Positions 8,001 to 17,914 of a stretch of DNA of 47,961 bases are shown here, one piece after another. Location of the stretch: the IMG/VR virus record IMGVR_UViG_3300042868_005023, positions 1 to 47,961 of that record; one strand, given 5' to 3'. This DNA is from a virus (lineage: Duplodnaviria > Caudoviricetes). The position numbers and the translations under genes are program-made. How positions within the stretch are numbered: position 1 is the stretch's first letter; every line of letters starts with the position of its first letter. A model generated the notes under the pieces. That model searched no databases. It had not been told where the DNA came from and was given only the letters and a program-made list of their open reading frames with translations.

Positions 8001-11000
8001 AGTCGTACCCTCCAGCTTCCATGACATCAGTTTTTAAACCCCCATCAATGTCCTTAAACTTACCGGATTTTTTAAACTGAGGAACAATAACATTGTCCAC
8101 CCACTCGTCACCATAATTTGGATAGTCATCTTTTAAAACTTGAGCGTACTTAGCAGCCATTTTATCATTAACGGTGCTCTTACCTTCTATGTAAGGGTTC
8201 TCACTTTTAGCATATAGCTCCATAACATTTTTTCCATATGTCTTAGCTTCTGCTTTGTTAGGAGTTGTGTATATACCCCTAGGGTTACCTGTGCGATTCT
8301 TTTTCTCAGCGTTTAAATCAAAGGCAGTAAATTCTTTGTCCGAGCCATGATAAACAATTAGCGGTTCTCCTTTGTCATCTTTTAATTTACTGTTGCCAAA
8401 CCATTTTTTAAACGCCTCTGTCCTGACTTGGGCATGTTGCATAGCATTTAGGTTTGATGGTTTACCATTAGGAGCTAATAATTTTTCTTTACTAAACGCA
8501 GTCTCTTCACGAGCAGTTCTTTCTGCAGTCTTAGCTTCTCTACGCATAGCATCAACAGCCATCTGTCTAGCATCAGCTTCGGATAGTCGGATGTTAGCTC
8601 CAAGCTTAGATCGCATGAAGTTACGTATAGATGCAACAATTTGACGAACTAAAGATAGAGACGGTGAGTTCTCAACAAGATACGCCAATGCTTCTTCAGC
8701 CACTAAATGATCCGGTGTACCTTTGGGTACAGCAGCACGGGCTTTAACAAAAGCATCACCTTGGTTAGTCATCGCTTGGTCTTTAACATAACTCCAAAGC
8801 TTATCGCCAAGCATCTTTGCCATGCCAGCATGCACCCCAACTTCATGTAGAGCAACGCTCTCTATAGTACTAGGTGTTAGTTTGTTAGCAACGTAGTGAG
8901 TAACGCCTTCGGCTGTAGTCATACCCTTTACATTAGCTGGATGACCTGTCCCTGGAAGAGTATCAGCTGTATCATGAATAACAGCTTTACCTGACGCTAC
9001 AAGCTTTTTCATTTCAGGAGACAGAGCTTTGCTCAAACTTGCTGCTGTGTGACCTGTAGTAGTACTTGTAGGAGCTACAGAATAAGACTGTTCAGTTTTA
9101 CCTGCAGCTTCAGTTTTAGCGGCAATAGCTTTGTTATTAGCCACTTTTACTTTGGCTAGAGTTCTGTCTATATTCTCATATAGCTCTTTAGCTTTAACTG
9201 CAGTTGGAGTATTTTTGTTAACCTCCGCTACTTTTTTTAATGCGCCTATTAATTTTTTAGCGCCTTTTGGATCATTAATAACATTAATAGCTTCAACTTT
9301 TGGAGAAGTAAAAAGTTCTTTAACAAGTCCTGATTGTGGGCGCAATCCTAAATTTAAAACATCAGCTTTACTAACCAACATCTCTGAAGGTTTGATATAA
9401 TTTTCAGGCGCATAGTCTTTACTTAATACATCTATTAAAGCTTTTTGTTTTTCGGGTGTTAACTTATTTATAGCCGCAGATACTTTGGAATCAGATATTG
9501 GTAGTCCACCAGCTTTTTCTATAACTTTACCTAACTCAAGGTCCCTAACTCCAGCTTCTGCAACATGCGCTGGTGTAATAACATCTGTATCTTTAGCACC
9601 AACTTCAGCATGAACTGCTGTAGCAAAGTCTGTAGCTTTTCTTTGACCAACAGGTTCTTTACCCAAAAGTGTGTCTGGATGTGGCCCACCTTCAGCTGTT
9701 TTAGTTAAACCTTTGAGTGCTGTTATTAAGTTAGGTACTTCTAATCTTTTAGCTTCATCAACAACATCAACTTGTTTTAAAGGACTAACTTCTTCAACAG
9801 CTTTGGGCTCAGGTATAACTTCTTCTTTGATAGTTCCTTTCTTACCGCCAAAGATATCTAATGTTTCTCCAGGTTTTAATTTGGCAACTTTCTTTTCTGT
9901 AGTAAGTTTTTCTTTTTCAACAATTGCTTTTTGTTTATCAGCTTCTATTTTTGCTTGTTCATCTAATAAAGCTTGTTGTTTTTCTTGAGCTGCTTTTTTA
10001 AAAGGAATAGCTTCAGTATATGCAGCAGCTTGTTCAGGATTAAGCACTCCACCTTCTTCAGTAACTGGCAGAGCTGTGCCACGAAGTTCAGGGGATAGTG
10101 ATGTTGCACCACCTTTTGGAATCTTTTGCTCCAAAGGTTTATATCCAAAAATATCTTCTTGACGTTTATTTCTTGACTCTACTTCCTCATTTAATAGTTG
10201 CATATTAAATGTTAAATAATCATTCTTTTCTTTTGATGCAATTTTGTGAGCTTCTGTAGCTGAAGTTATCGGTTTATTGTTTTCACTTTTAAGCTTGCCC
10301 GCTAAGAATAAATTTCTAACATAATTGTATTTATTTTCGGCTTGTTTACTTACTTCAAGCTTTTTTGTTTCCATGTCAAGCATGTCTTCTTTCGGTCTTT
10401 CTGGACCTTCGTATCCTTCAATCTGTTCAAGCGGAAGATCCGTTTGTGAAAACTTTTTATACCCGGCCGCGGCAGCCTTCTCTTCTTTCTTTTTACGCTT
10501 CTCGTTAAACTCTGCTACTCTTTTTGCTTGTTGCTCTGGAGTTAGAGGTAGGCCTTCTTGCTGGCCGTATAGGATATCAGGACGACCAACTGGAAGTTCT
10601 GCAGCTTTAGCTTCAGCAGCTTTGGCTTCAGCTTGTTGTTTAAAGAACTCTTCCTCTTCTGTTAATGGTTTGAGTTCTTTGTCACGCGCAGCTTCTTCTT
10701 GCATCTTTGCAAGTTCTGCATCAAACTCTTCTTGTGTTTTGACTTTAGATTTTAATTCTTGAAATGCTTGTTCATTTGTTTTTTCACCTTCACCACCTGC
10801 TGTATTTCTAGCAATACCTTCTGCCATGAGTCTTCCGTTCTCTTTGAAAAACTCTGGTGTTAATGCTGTTTGATCATTTAAAACATCTAAACCGATGTTG
10901 CCAAAGTACTCAATTTTACCAAGTGCTCTATCTTTAGAACTCAATCCTTCTGCTGTAGCAAATGGTGCTCGCATAGCGCCACCTACAAGCGCCCCACCTA

Positions 11001-11943
11001 ACGCAGCACTACCATAAGCTTCATAAGCTTCTTTGTCGGTTAAAGATTCACCAGCTTGCGCTCTGCTTAATGCTTCTTGATAAGCCTCGACACCACCTTC
11101 TATAGCGACTGTGCTACCAATACCGCCTATAACCCTTCCTGTTGTACCTAATCCCGTACGGGTTGAAGCTTGTATGATCTCTTCAGCTGCAGTTTTAGTA
11201 CCTAATGTTCTTGCAACTCTTTCCCCTATTGCACCAGCTCTCCCTAAGATTTGATTTACACCTACCTTTTCTAATACCCCTTGTGCTAGACCTGATGCTA
11301 CAGCAGCGCCTCTATCAAACTCTGTGCGAGTGCCCGCGGCTATTTGATCAGCTTGACGGTTTATGTTTTCACCAGTGGCGCTAAGACCATAGACACCTAA
11401 CTCGGCTAGAGTTGCAGCACCGATACCCCCTAACGCTACTTCTGGGGCTAGAGCACCTGCGGTAACACCTGTAGCAATAACCGGAGCAGTTCTAGCGACG
11501 TCATAGCTTATGGCTCTTGGAGCAGCTTTAACAGACTCCCACAAACCTTCTTCCCTATAAAGAGCTGGTAAGTCGCCTACACTTGGATAATTCTTACCTT
11601 GTGCCCTACCTGCTGTAGTAAGTTCTCTACCGGACTCTTCAGCACCAGCAAGTTGCATAATACCACCTGCTGTAGACTTAAATGCACCAGCAGCAGCTTG
11701 GCCTAGGCCCGCAAAATACCCTTCATCTTCAGGGACTAATTCACCTTTAGCTCTTGCTGCTATTTGTGCATCAGTCTCTTCTGCAGAAGGTTGCCCTCCG
11801 CTTAAATGTTGAATAAGTTCATCGTCTGAATAGCCTGCGTTCCTTGCTGCAGTTGTATCAAATTTATTTTCAGCCCCTAAAAAATCAGCAATTTCACCAG
11901 CAGAATACCCTGCAGCTTTAGCACCTTCTATATCAAACGCCAT
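5032..11943 (-). CDS. 2303-aa polyvalent / internal virion (ejection) protein with metallopeptidase-like, ART-PolyVal-like and PLxRFG-like regions
   Basis: LHEVGVH; APNGKPSNL...FKKWFG...GEPLIVYHGS...GIYTT; YFPVMRFG; last gene of the late region. Confidence 0.8.
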   Translation of the reverse strand: MAFDIEGAKAAGYSAGEIADFLGAENKFDTTAARNAGYSDDELIQHLSGGQPSAEETDAQIAARAKGELVPEDEGYFAGLGQAAAGAFKSTAGGIMQLAGAEESGRELTTAGRAQGKNYPSVGDLPALYREEGLWESVKAAPRAISYDVARTAPVIATGVTAGALAPEVALGGIGAATLAELGVYGLSATGENINRQADQIAAGTRTEFDRGAAVASGLAQGVLEKVGVNQILGRAGAIGERVARTLGTKTAAEEIIQASTRTGLGTTGRVIGGIGSTVAIEGGVEAYQEALSRAQAGESLTDKEAYEAYGSAALGGALVGGAMRAPFATAEGLSSKDRALGKIEYFGNIGLDVLNDQTALTPEFFKENGRLMAEGIARNTAGGEGEKTNEQAFQELKSKVKTQEEFDAELAKMQEEAARDKELKPLTEEEEFFKQQAEAKAAEAKAAELPVGRPDILYGQQEGLPLTPEQQAKRVAEFNEKRKKKEEKAAAAGYKKFSQTDLPLEQIEGYEGPERPKEDMLDMETKKLEVSKQAENKYNYVRNLFLAGKLKSENNKPITSATEAHKIASKEKNDYLTFNMQLLNEEVESRNKRQEDIFGYKPLEQKIPKGGATSLSPELRGTALPVTEEGGVLNPEQAAAYTEAIPFKKAAQEKQQALLDEQAKIEADKQKAIVEKEKLTTEKKVAKLKPGETLDIFGGKKGTIKEEVIPEPKAVEEVSPLKQVDVVDEAKRLEVPNLITALKGLTKTAEGGPHPDTLLGKEPVGQRKATDFATAVHAEVGAKDTDVITPAHVAEAGVRDLELGKVIEKAGGLPISDSKVSAAINKLTPEKQKALIDVLSKDYAPENYIKPSEMLVSKADVLNLGLRPQSGLVKELFTSPKVEAINVINDPKGAKKLIGALKKVAEVNKNTPTAVKAKELYENIDRTLAKVKVANNKAIAAKTEAAGKTEQSYSVAPTSTTTGHTAASLSKALSPEMKKLVASGKAVIHDTADTLPGTGHPANVKGMTTAEGVTHYVANKLTPSTIESVALHEVGVHAGMAKMLGDKLWSYVKDQAMTNQGDAFVKARAAVPKGTPDHLVAEEALAYLVENSPSLSLVRQIVASIRNFMRSKLGANIRLSEADARQMAVDAMRREAKTAERTAREETAFSKEKLLAPNGKPSNLNAMQHAQVRTEAFKKWFGNSKLKDDKGEPLIVYHGSDKEFTAFDLNAEKKNRTGNPRGIYTTPNKAEAKTYGKNVMELYAKSENPYIEGKSTVNDKMAAKYAQVLKDDYPNYGDEWVDNVIVPQFKKSGKFKDIDGGLKTDVMEAGGYDSYKDGEHIVLFHPTQVKSATDNTGAFSAENPDIRYSVGKDNFNENVPNIRKKANAIASFNREKLPMYLELFSAAGIREIGAKYLRGKPSEDGAPSKNSASEILKDTREITGMTNKLLEGYLDLRKQINKYIKDNRRQMGILGDTANSATILEVSPWDTNPDSPNNIDNRIESELANQEKGYAQRVKDLKALKVRWGQLTPQSKLMYNKLAEFYKKSYQDYINAELSRIDTAEISDEKKERQREIFTKKMKHTQLKGDYFPVMRFGNYAVQYTDGDIDEDTGELIPKFSKFESEEEAREFIDNNPSIETKGVTKDILRDNSSVLTGNRSLDALWKSVDKKFEKIESTEDIAIVADEMKDYLFQMHLMGRPEQSIAKRFLHRKGTAGYSNDIFRSFDAYALSMSKQLPRIKLSNNIMAKLDNLKHELPVDETLASDYYSAFKKQITDSVYPKQISGAINTITGAVFHYYLSAPASAALQLASIPLQGAPSIAKVHGVNAARRALNSAVGLYTSSMSKKTPFGDIKRGAEARKDTIGNLVTGAKHADEFNLPDAMDKMRAEGLLLPSVHAQAFSGQNKPTSKSDSAFAKAKRVMEITSRPFAEAESAARQVSAAAAYIANMRSGMTHQDAIRSAIDTTYLDLGDFGATGQSSLVKTGFGGMVKIASQFQQYGAKLLFAFGKAGYDALKGESPEVRRQGIKFLGSLYAMHWLFAGALGLPGAGLAMSLTDFIRDIVGDKDERHSLEQDMRNAMRSSGLNNTVVKMILDGPIGTITNMNLTPRIGAGDLIPMIQESDLNETLKEDVVGDFGKTMLGAAGSTVSNIMKAGEAWTDGKYEQAIEKLMPAGIRNVMTAYRYATEGKLTTKGLPIVAKEEIGLWDVVARGLGVETAHMAEKSKASRSAHMLDQFIDDRKQLLYEKYAKATPKEQEKVMDAIVKFAERHPGADVNASSLLSSLQAREQAKYKATRGYNLGKNAYEIEAEIPELGVDEEY

Positions 11944-11955
11944 GTTTAATCCTTA

Positions 11956-14748
11956 TTATTTTTGAAAAGAACTCAATGGGATTCTATCTTTAATTGTTTG
12001 ATCTGAACTACCTCTTGGTCCAGGTGATGGCAAAGGTTCTCCACCATACTCTCCTATAGAGCTTATTGAATTTTGCAATCTTGTAAGGTTTTCAGCCGCA
12101 ACGGAAAGCTCTCTATTCGCTCTATCTTTTGCTTCCGGAGTAAAAGCTGTACTTGCAGCTTGAGAAGCTTCTGCGTATCTTGTTTTTGCTATTCCAATTT
12201 CAAGTGCTAATCTTGGATCTTTGGCGCCAGTTCCAACTGACTCTGTTTGTTTCCAAGCTTCTGCGTATGAGAGACCTTTTGTGTCCATAAGATCTTTAAT
12301 GGCTTGCGCTTTCATACCTGCTTCTGACGGTTTACCTAACATTGCAGTTTGATATGCAGCAGTTTGTCCCATTTCTTGTTCTTTCAATCTTTCAATGGCT
12401 CTTTGATGTTCAATAGTTGCATCCAACTCTTGTTTTTTCATTGCAAAATTAACTAAAGGTTCTTTCAAAGCTAACACTTTTGCTGAAGCTTTTTCCTTTT
12501 CAGCGGCGGCTTTCTCTAGCTTACCTGCTTCTTCAAGTCTTGTTGCATGTTCCAACATGTATATAGACTTGTCTATTTCTTTCATTATTTTTTTGTTTTC
12601 TTTGGTATCTTCCATAACGCCTGGAAGTGTATCTTTCAATGCTCGCATACCTGCAACTAATGGAGGACCAGGAGTTCCTGCCCAGTTGGCCCCAAACTCC
12701 ATAAGGCGTAAGCCCATTTGTCTACGAGCTTCGTCAGGCGCATTAGCTTTTTCTTCCATGATAGACTTGCGGTAATCAGCTGTTGCAGTATCTTTACCCA
12801 GATACTTATCTTCCAATCTTTGTTGCTCAGCCATACGGTCGTCAATAGACATATCCGCTTCTGCTTGAGCTGCAGGTATGGCGTTTTGATACTCAACCAT
12901 AGCTGACTCAGTTGTTACCGGAGCTGCAGGAGCTGGCGCTGGCTTTTGAGCAACAGGTGCAGCATCCATAGGCGGAGCTACAGCAGGTGCAGGAGTTGCT
13001 GCTACATCCATAGGTGGAGGTACAGCAGGTGCAGGAGTTGCGGCAGCATCCATAGGCGGAGGTATAACCTCAGCTGGCGCTGGTTGTGGATTATTTTCAG
13101 CAAGTAAGAGCGCCTTCTCTTCTGCGGCCTTTTGTATATCTAGCTCTTCTTTCAATCGTTTTTGATTGGCACTATATTCAATATTGGTAGTTGTTTTTTT
13201 CTTCTCTTTTACTTCCCCCTCTTTTTTATACCCTACGATCCCACCTCGTGCCATACGTTTTTCAGCAAGGACACGGTTACCTATTTTCTTTTCTTGTTCA
13301 CTTGTAGCTTCACTTAAAGTCTTCTCTATTTGTTCAGGCGTCATATCTTGAAACTTAGCTTCGATAGCTCCGCCAATATTAAAAGCTACAATACCACCAG
13401 TTGCGTAACCCTTATCACGAATGACACCGCCTTCTTTTGTACCTTTTCCAGCTAAATATGCGCCTGCGCCAGTTGCTAAGAGTCCACCCATCTGGCTAGT
13501 AGTACTTGGGTTTGCATTGTAAGTCGTAGTAGAAGAGTCTGTCATTGGAACACCTCTAGTGAGGTTTGACATATCTGCAAGCTGTTGCATTGGGTACTTT
13601 TGAGCATTGGCGTAATCAAGTACAGCTTGATCAATACCTCTTTGTTGTAACGCTTGTTGTTCTGCCCCAAGCCTTTGTTGCTCATTAATAATATCAGTCT
13701 GTGCACCAAGTTCTGCAGTACCCAATTGACCCAAGGCAGTACCAGCAGCACCAACACCACTGTAACCAGCTTGAGCAGCATTGATACCTGCAAGACCTGC
13801 TTGCATACCTTGTTGGCCTTGTTGTTGCCCTTGCAGTGCAGTATTAACACCTTGGATACCTGTGCCAACACCTTGAACACCTGCCTGCATCGCACCTGTG
13901 CCAGCTTGAAGTCCTTGTATACCTAATGTCGCACCAAACTGTTGTTGAGCCTGAGCATTTTGAAATGCATTTTGTGAACCTTCGGCTTGTAGTTTAGCCA
14001 ATGCCATATTTCTATTGCGTTGATTTTCAGCTGCCATAAGCGCTTCACGGCTTCCACCGAAAGCCCCTGCTTTAGCTGCGTTACTTCCTTGTTCTGTTGC
14101 TGAAATATCGTATGTACGGTTTAGCTCGCGCTCTTGTTGAGCAACTACATTTTGCATATAAGGAGACATATATGCTTGTATGGAGTTTGGATCCGTAGCA
14201 GTTTGTGTAAATCTTTTTTGAGCAGTATAACCTTGCAAGGCTTGCGCAGCAGCGTCTTGGCCCATACCAGCAGCCAATGAACCATAATTTAAACCACCCT
14301 CATTGCCTATAAGAGCAGCATTCTGTCCAAACTCAGCACCTGCGGCGCCATAACTATACGATGGATCTACTGTACCAAGTTGACCTTCACCTGCTGTTGC
14401 AACCATATTTGATGCTGGACCAAATTGCCAAGGTGTTTGCAAACCTGCCGCACCAGCTTGAGCTTGTTGTTGCAAGGGACTGAAGGGGGCATTGTAATCC
14501 CCAGTATCAGTGCTGTAAGGTTGATAAGGTTGCAACCCTGTGACTTTACCTTTGTCATCAAACGTATACGTCTGCTTAGCCGCAGCTTGCATGTACGTGT
14601 TTACATACGGTTTTAAATAATTTGGGATATTACTTGTAGTTGTCGAAGTAGAACTTGGTTGCGATGGCATCTTAGGTGGATCGCCATAAAACCGTGGGCA
14701 AATATAAGTAAAAAAGAATTTGTAAAGACTACTTGGTTTGAATATCAT
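11956..14748 (-). CDS. Putative internal virion / DNA ejection protein (Gln/Ala/Gly-rich, coiled coil)
   Basis: Composition, position after tail genes, AAKAGAFGGSR motif typical of pilot-type proteins. Confidence 0.6.
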   Translation of the reverse strand: MIFKPSSLYKFFFTYICPRFYGDPPKMPSQPSSTSTTTSNIPNYLKPYVNTYMQAAAKQTYTFDDKGKVTGLQPYQPYSTDTGDYNAPFSPLQQQAQAGAAGLQTPWQFGPASNMVATAGEGQLGTVDPSYSYGAAGAEFGQNAALIGNEGGLNYGSLAAGMGQDAAAQALQGYTAQKRFTQTATDPNSIQAYMSPYMQNVVAQQERELNRTYDISATEQGSNAAKAGAFGGSREALMAAENQRNRNMALAKLQAEGSQNAFQNAQAQQQFGATLGIQGLQAGTGAMQAGVQGVGTGIQGVNTALQGQQQGQQGMQAGLAGINAAQAGYSGVGAAGTALGQLGTAELGAQTDIINEQQRLGAEQQALQQRGIDQAVLDYANAQKYPMQQLADMSNLTRGVPMTDSSTTTYNANPSTTSQMGGLLATGAGAYLAGKGTKEGGVIRDKGYATGGIVAFNIGGAIEAKFQDMTPEQIEKTLSEATSEQEKKIGNRVLAEKRMARGGIVGYKKEGEVKEKKKTTTNIEYSANQKRLKEELDIQKAAEEKALLLAENNPQPAPAEVIPPPMDAAATPAPAVPPPMDVAATPAPAVAPPMDAAPVAQKPAPAPAAPVTTESAMVEYQNAIPAAQAEADMSIDDRMAEQQRLEDKYLGKDTATADYRKSIMEEKANAPDEARRQMGLRLMEFGANWAGTPGPPLVAGMRALKDTLPGVMEDTKENKKIMKEIDKSIYMLEHATRLEEAGKLEKAAAEKEKASAKVLALKEPLVNFAMKKQELDATIEHQRAIERLKEQEMGQTAAYQTAMLGKPSEAGMKAQAIKDLMDTKGLSYAEAWKQTESVGTGAKDPRLALEIGIAKTRYAEASQAASTAFTPEAKDRANRELSVAAENLTRLQNSISSIGEYGGEPLPSPGPRGSSDQTIKDRIPLSSFQK
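12955..13065 (-). repeat. Three copies of a 39-bp coding repeat (PPMDxAATPAPAV)
   Basis: Visible in DNA and protein. Confidence 0.8.
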
Positions 14749-15167
14749 AATACTAACTCCAGACTAATATGGTTACTAGGGGTAAAACCCATTTTTTGCT
14801 TTAATAATCGTGCTACAGAAGGTCTAGTCCCACATTCTATTCGTGTTGCGCCCATAGCTTTTAACCAAGTTATAAACTCATTATATACAACAAGCTCTTT
14901 ACCTATATTAGCGCCAAATGTTGTTACATACGCTACCCTAGCTAGAGGGTAATTTGCCCATTGTATTGTTACTGCCCCTTGTATAACGTCATCTGTAAGG
15001 CCTATAAGTAATGTTTGTTCCCCACGTATAATATAATCTTTTAAATGATGTATATTGTAATAGGTACCTAATTTTCCTTTTTCAAACGATTTAGATAACC
15101 ACCGTTCAACTTCAGGCCATACATAGTGTATATATTTTGCATCCACATATTGCACTTGTATGGTCAT
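14745..15167 (-). CDS. Putative GNAT-fold acetyltransferase-like protein
   Basis: Size, position among ejection genes, C-terminal GATRIEC...RLL...GF pattern. Confidence 0.45.
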   Translation of the reverse strand: MTIQVQYVDAKYIHYVWPEVERWLSKSFEKGKLGTYYNIHHLKDYIIRGEQTLLIGLTDDVIQGAVTIQWANYPLARVAYVTTFGANIGKELVVYNEFITWLKAMGATRIECGTRPSVARLLKQKMGFTPSNHISLELVL

Positions 15168-16537
15168 GCTAATAGACCTTTACGTGCTTTTGAATCTACA
15201 GCAACCTTACCTTTACCAATACTTTTCTTTCTACGAGCTTGAACTCTATCTACCATAGCTTGCAGTGCTCTAGCACCTGCTTCAGTAGAACCATTACCTA
15301 ATTCCGATACAATTCTTGCGGGAATAACAAATTCACCATCTGCAAGTCTAGCAGGTTGTTTACCTGTATCACCAATCTCAGCAGGGATGCTATCAGATAC
15401 GCCATCACCAGGGCCTCTTGTTAGCCTAGGTATGCCACCATGAGCGTAGCCGCCTAAGCTAGAGCCACCCATGATCCCACCTTTGGCCGCTTGTTGTACA
15501 GGCTCTGTTACAGCAGCTGGAGCTTCTTCAACAGGCGCTTCTTCTGGTGCTTGTTGCGCCGCAGCTTGTTGGGCTTGGGCTAATGCGTCGGCATAAAATT
15601 TATTTACAGGTGGAGCTTCTGCTGTTTCAGGAGGTTGTGCTGTCAAATCAGGTTGCCCTATTCCTGTTATACCACCGTTTGCGTAATAATATTTAACCGT
15701 GTCTCTTGGTATATTAATTGTTGGTTGATAGTTAGGACTCATCTCAGGCCAAGTATACTCTTGTTGTTGATTATCATTTTGGTTATTATTTTGATCATCG
15801 CTACCGCCTGAACTCAACATGTAACCGCCTATACCACCTAGTGCACCAGCTCCTAACATGCTCCATCCTGGATGTTTATCAATTAAATCCATACCTGATT
15901 TAAAAGATTTGCCAGGATCTACTGCTGGCGTTGGATTTTGAAGAGCCATTGCCGTTGCATCAGTTGCTCCACTTTTTATAGCAGCATTCGTTGCTTGCAT
16001 ATTAGTTCCTGGAGGATAAACATCCTGCGCAACTGCTAATTCGTTGGCAACACCTTTTTGTGAAATATCAGGTAGCCATGTTTTAGGTGAAGTTAACTCA
16101 GGATTATAACTAGTTTTTAAAGCTTCTTGTGTGGTATCGCTGAAAGGATTGGTTGGTAAAGAGTTTTGAAAGTTAGTCCCAAAGTTATTAACAGCATTTG
16201 AAAGTGACCAATCTGCCCCACCTATTTGTTGGCTCTCAGGAGCTGAGCCTCCTCCTGCACCTTGGGCATATCCTCTAGCGCCGCCAGCTATACCGCCAGA
16301 TAATGCACCTTGACCTACGTCTTCACCAAAAGCTGCTGCGGTAGCGGCCCCACCAACGGCTCCGCCTAATCCTTCGCCAACCATTCCACCACCAAGACCT
16401 CCGCCTAAAGCCCCTCCGATAGCACCACTCATGGCCGTTTTGGCTGCAGACCGTCCTATTTCATCTTTGCTTTTACCCATCGCTGCTTGTATAGCAGCTT
16501 GGATAGCCATCTGTGCGGCTACAGATACAAAACTCAT
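15164..16537 (-). CDS. Putative internal virion protein with Gly-zipper N-terminus and GPGDGxSDSIPA...L.DGEFV domain
   Basis: C-terminal motif recurrent in phage ejection/tape-measure-type proteins. Confidence 0.6.
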   Translation of the reverse strand: MSFVSVAAQMAIQAAIQAAMGKSKDEIGRSAAKTAMSGAIGGALGGGLGGGMVGEGLGGAVGGAATAAAFGEDVGQGALSGGIAGGARGYAQGAGGGSAPESQQIGGADWSLSNAVNNFGTNFQNSLPTNPFSDTTQEALKTSYNPELTSPKTWLPDISQKGVANELAVAQDVYPPGTNMQATNAAIKSGATDATAMALQNPTPAVDPGKSFKSGMDLIDKHPGWSMLGAGALGGIGGYMLSSGGSDDQNNNQNDNQQQEYTWPEMSPNYQPTINIPRDTVKYYYANGGITGIGQPDLTAQPPETAEAPPVNKFYADALAQAQQAAAQQAPEEAPVEEAPAAVTEPVQQAAKGGIMGGSSLGGYAHGGIPRLTRGPGDGVSDSIPAEIGDTGKQPARLADGEFVIPARIVSELGNGSTEAGARALQAMVDRVQARRKKSIGKGKVAVDSKARKGLLA

Positions 16538-16956
16538 GGTAAATCTCCTAACAGCAGTTGCTGTTCGTATTCTTCAAAGGTAGTAGAGACGAGTTCTTTC
16601 TCAATAGCTTCGATCTCTGTGTTATCTGTTCTATGTACGGTAATAAAAATTACATCTGTTTCTGCATAACCTAAGCGCTTAACACCCGGTTTATCAACCA
16701 TGATGTGACCTTCAGAAATAATGTAAGAATCAATACCGTTAGTGATTCTTATTCTGCCTTTAGCTAAAATAGCAATGCTTTCAAAATTGTGTATCTTCCC
16801 TGTCAATATAGTTCCTGCGGGTATAAACATGCTCCTTGCATAAACGCCATCAATTTGATAATGCTCTATAGGTAGCTCAACCTGTGGCATTTGTAGTAGC
16901 TCTTGCTCAATCCGTAAGATCTCTGGCATAGTGCCAAGTTCAGCTAAGTTACTCAT
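16534..16956 (-). CDS. Cupin-like phage protein
   Basis: GVYARSMFIPAG..LTGKIH..E and later VH; beta-rich pattern. Confidence 0.55.
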   Translation of the reverse strand: MSNLAELGTMPEILRIEQELLQMPQVELPIEHYQIDGVYARSMFIPAGTILTGKIHNFESIAILAKGRIRITNGIDSYIISEGHIMVDKPGVKRLGYAETDVIFITVHRTDNTEIEAIEKELVSTTFEEYEQQLLLGDLP

Positions 16957-17016
16957 TATAACCCTTATGTATTGTTTTTACTGCTCTATTATAACGCTTA
17001 TGTATTGTTTTTACTG
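16955..17016 (-). repeat. Two 29-bp tandem copies (33-bp period), each ending in TATAAT on the minus strand
   Basis: 16955-16983 and 16988-17016, one mismatch. Confidence 0.85.
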
Positions 17017-17025
17017 AGTTTATCA

Positions 17026-17886
17026 TTAATAAAGCGCAGATACGAATGTTGATGTTAAAATAATTGAAGGAGACGCAGGGTGCGCTGGTGAGGTACCCGG
17101 TGGATACGTTGCCGCAACGCTATTGCCTGAATCAGAACTCATTATTAACTGTATATAATCCCCTGCGTTTATAGGTATGACGAGGTTCCATGAAACAATT
17201 GCAGCGCCAGGAATACCTCCGTGAATAGTTGGTATACTAATAATACCCGCACTGTTAGCTATGTCCACACCGTTTTGTCTAAACCACATGGTCACGTTAT
17301 CGACCGTGTTGTCATACGATAATAACTGAGCACTAAACTGAATGTTGTAATAGCCAGAGTACTCATAAACAACTTTTGTATTGTCTGTAGGGTCAAGTAT
17401 AATTTGATTACTAACATCCGTAGATGTCATAGCCACCGTCAACGGAGTTGTTGGTGAAGGCACTGGTTGTGCTTCTGACACATAAACACCAGCCGTATGG
17501 GATGTATTAGTTGACCCATAGACACCTCGGGTGATGCCTGTAAATGTGGTGGATGTTTTCCCTGTATATTTAATTATCTCACTACCAATTATAAGCGCAC
17601 CCGATGACAGAAACAACGCAGTACTTGTTACTTGAATAGCGGCCGTAGAAACATTACTCATGTTTGCTGTAAGCGTAGTTACACCGTCTTGATGAAATGC
17701 GGCATTAGGGAATCTTAAATAGGCTCCCCCTACATTTCCACTTAGAGAAGCCAGAGTATTATCTATCTGGTTAAAATATAACCGTAAGATGTTATTAAGC
17801 ATATCCGCATACTGCTTGTTATAGACAGTAGGCGCAAGTGATAAGTTAGGGGCTTTTGACGTAATTAATGGGGCGATAGTAGTCAT
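17026..17886 (-). CDS. Putative tail/virion structural protein
   Basis: LRLYFNQID helix then beta-rich domain GYYNIQFSAQL; follows tail gene. Confidence 0.6.
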   Translation of the reverse strand: MTTIAPLITSKAPNLSLAPTVYNKQYADMLNNILRLYFNQIDNTLASLSGNVGGAYLRFPNAAFHQDGVTTLTANMSNVSTAAIQVTSTALFLSSGALIIGSEIIKYTGKTSTTFTGITRGVYGSTNTSHTAGVYVSEAQPVPSPTTPLTVAMTSTDVSNQIILDPTDNTKVVYEYSGYYNIQFSAQLLSYDNTVDNVTMWFRQNGVDIANSAGIISIPTIHGGIPGAAIVSWNLVIPINAGDYIQLIMSSDSGNSVAATYPPGTSPAHPASPSIILTSTFVSALY

Positions 17887-17914
17887 AAAAATCCTTTAAA
17901 ATCAATAACTTAAC

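Noticed and set aside
5300-14952. Many short + strand and alternate-frame ORFs inside the two large minus-strand genes
   Set aside because: Shadow ORFs expected from codon bias; no recognisable motifs
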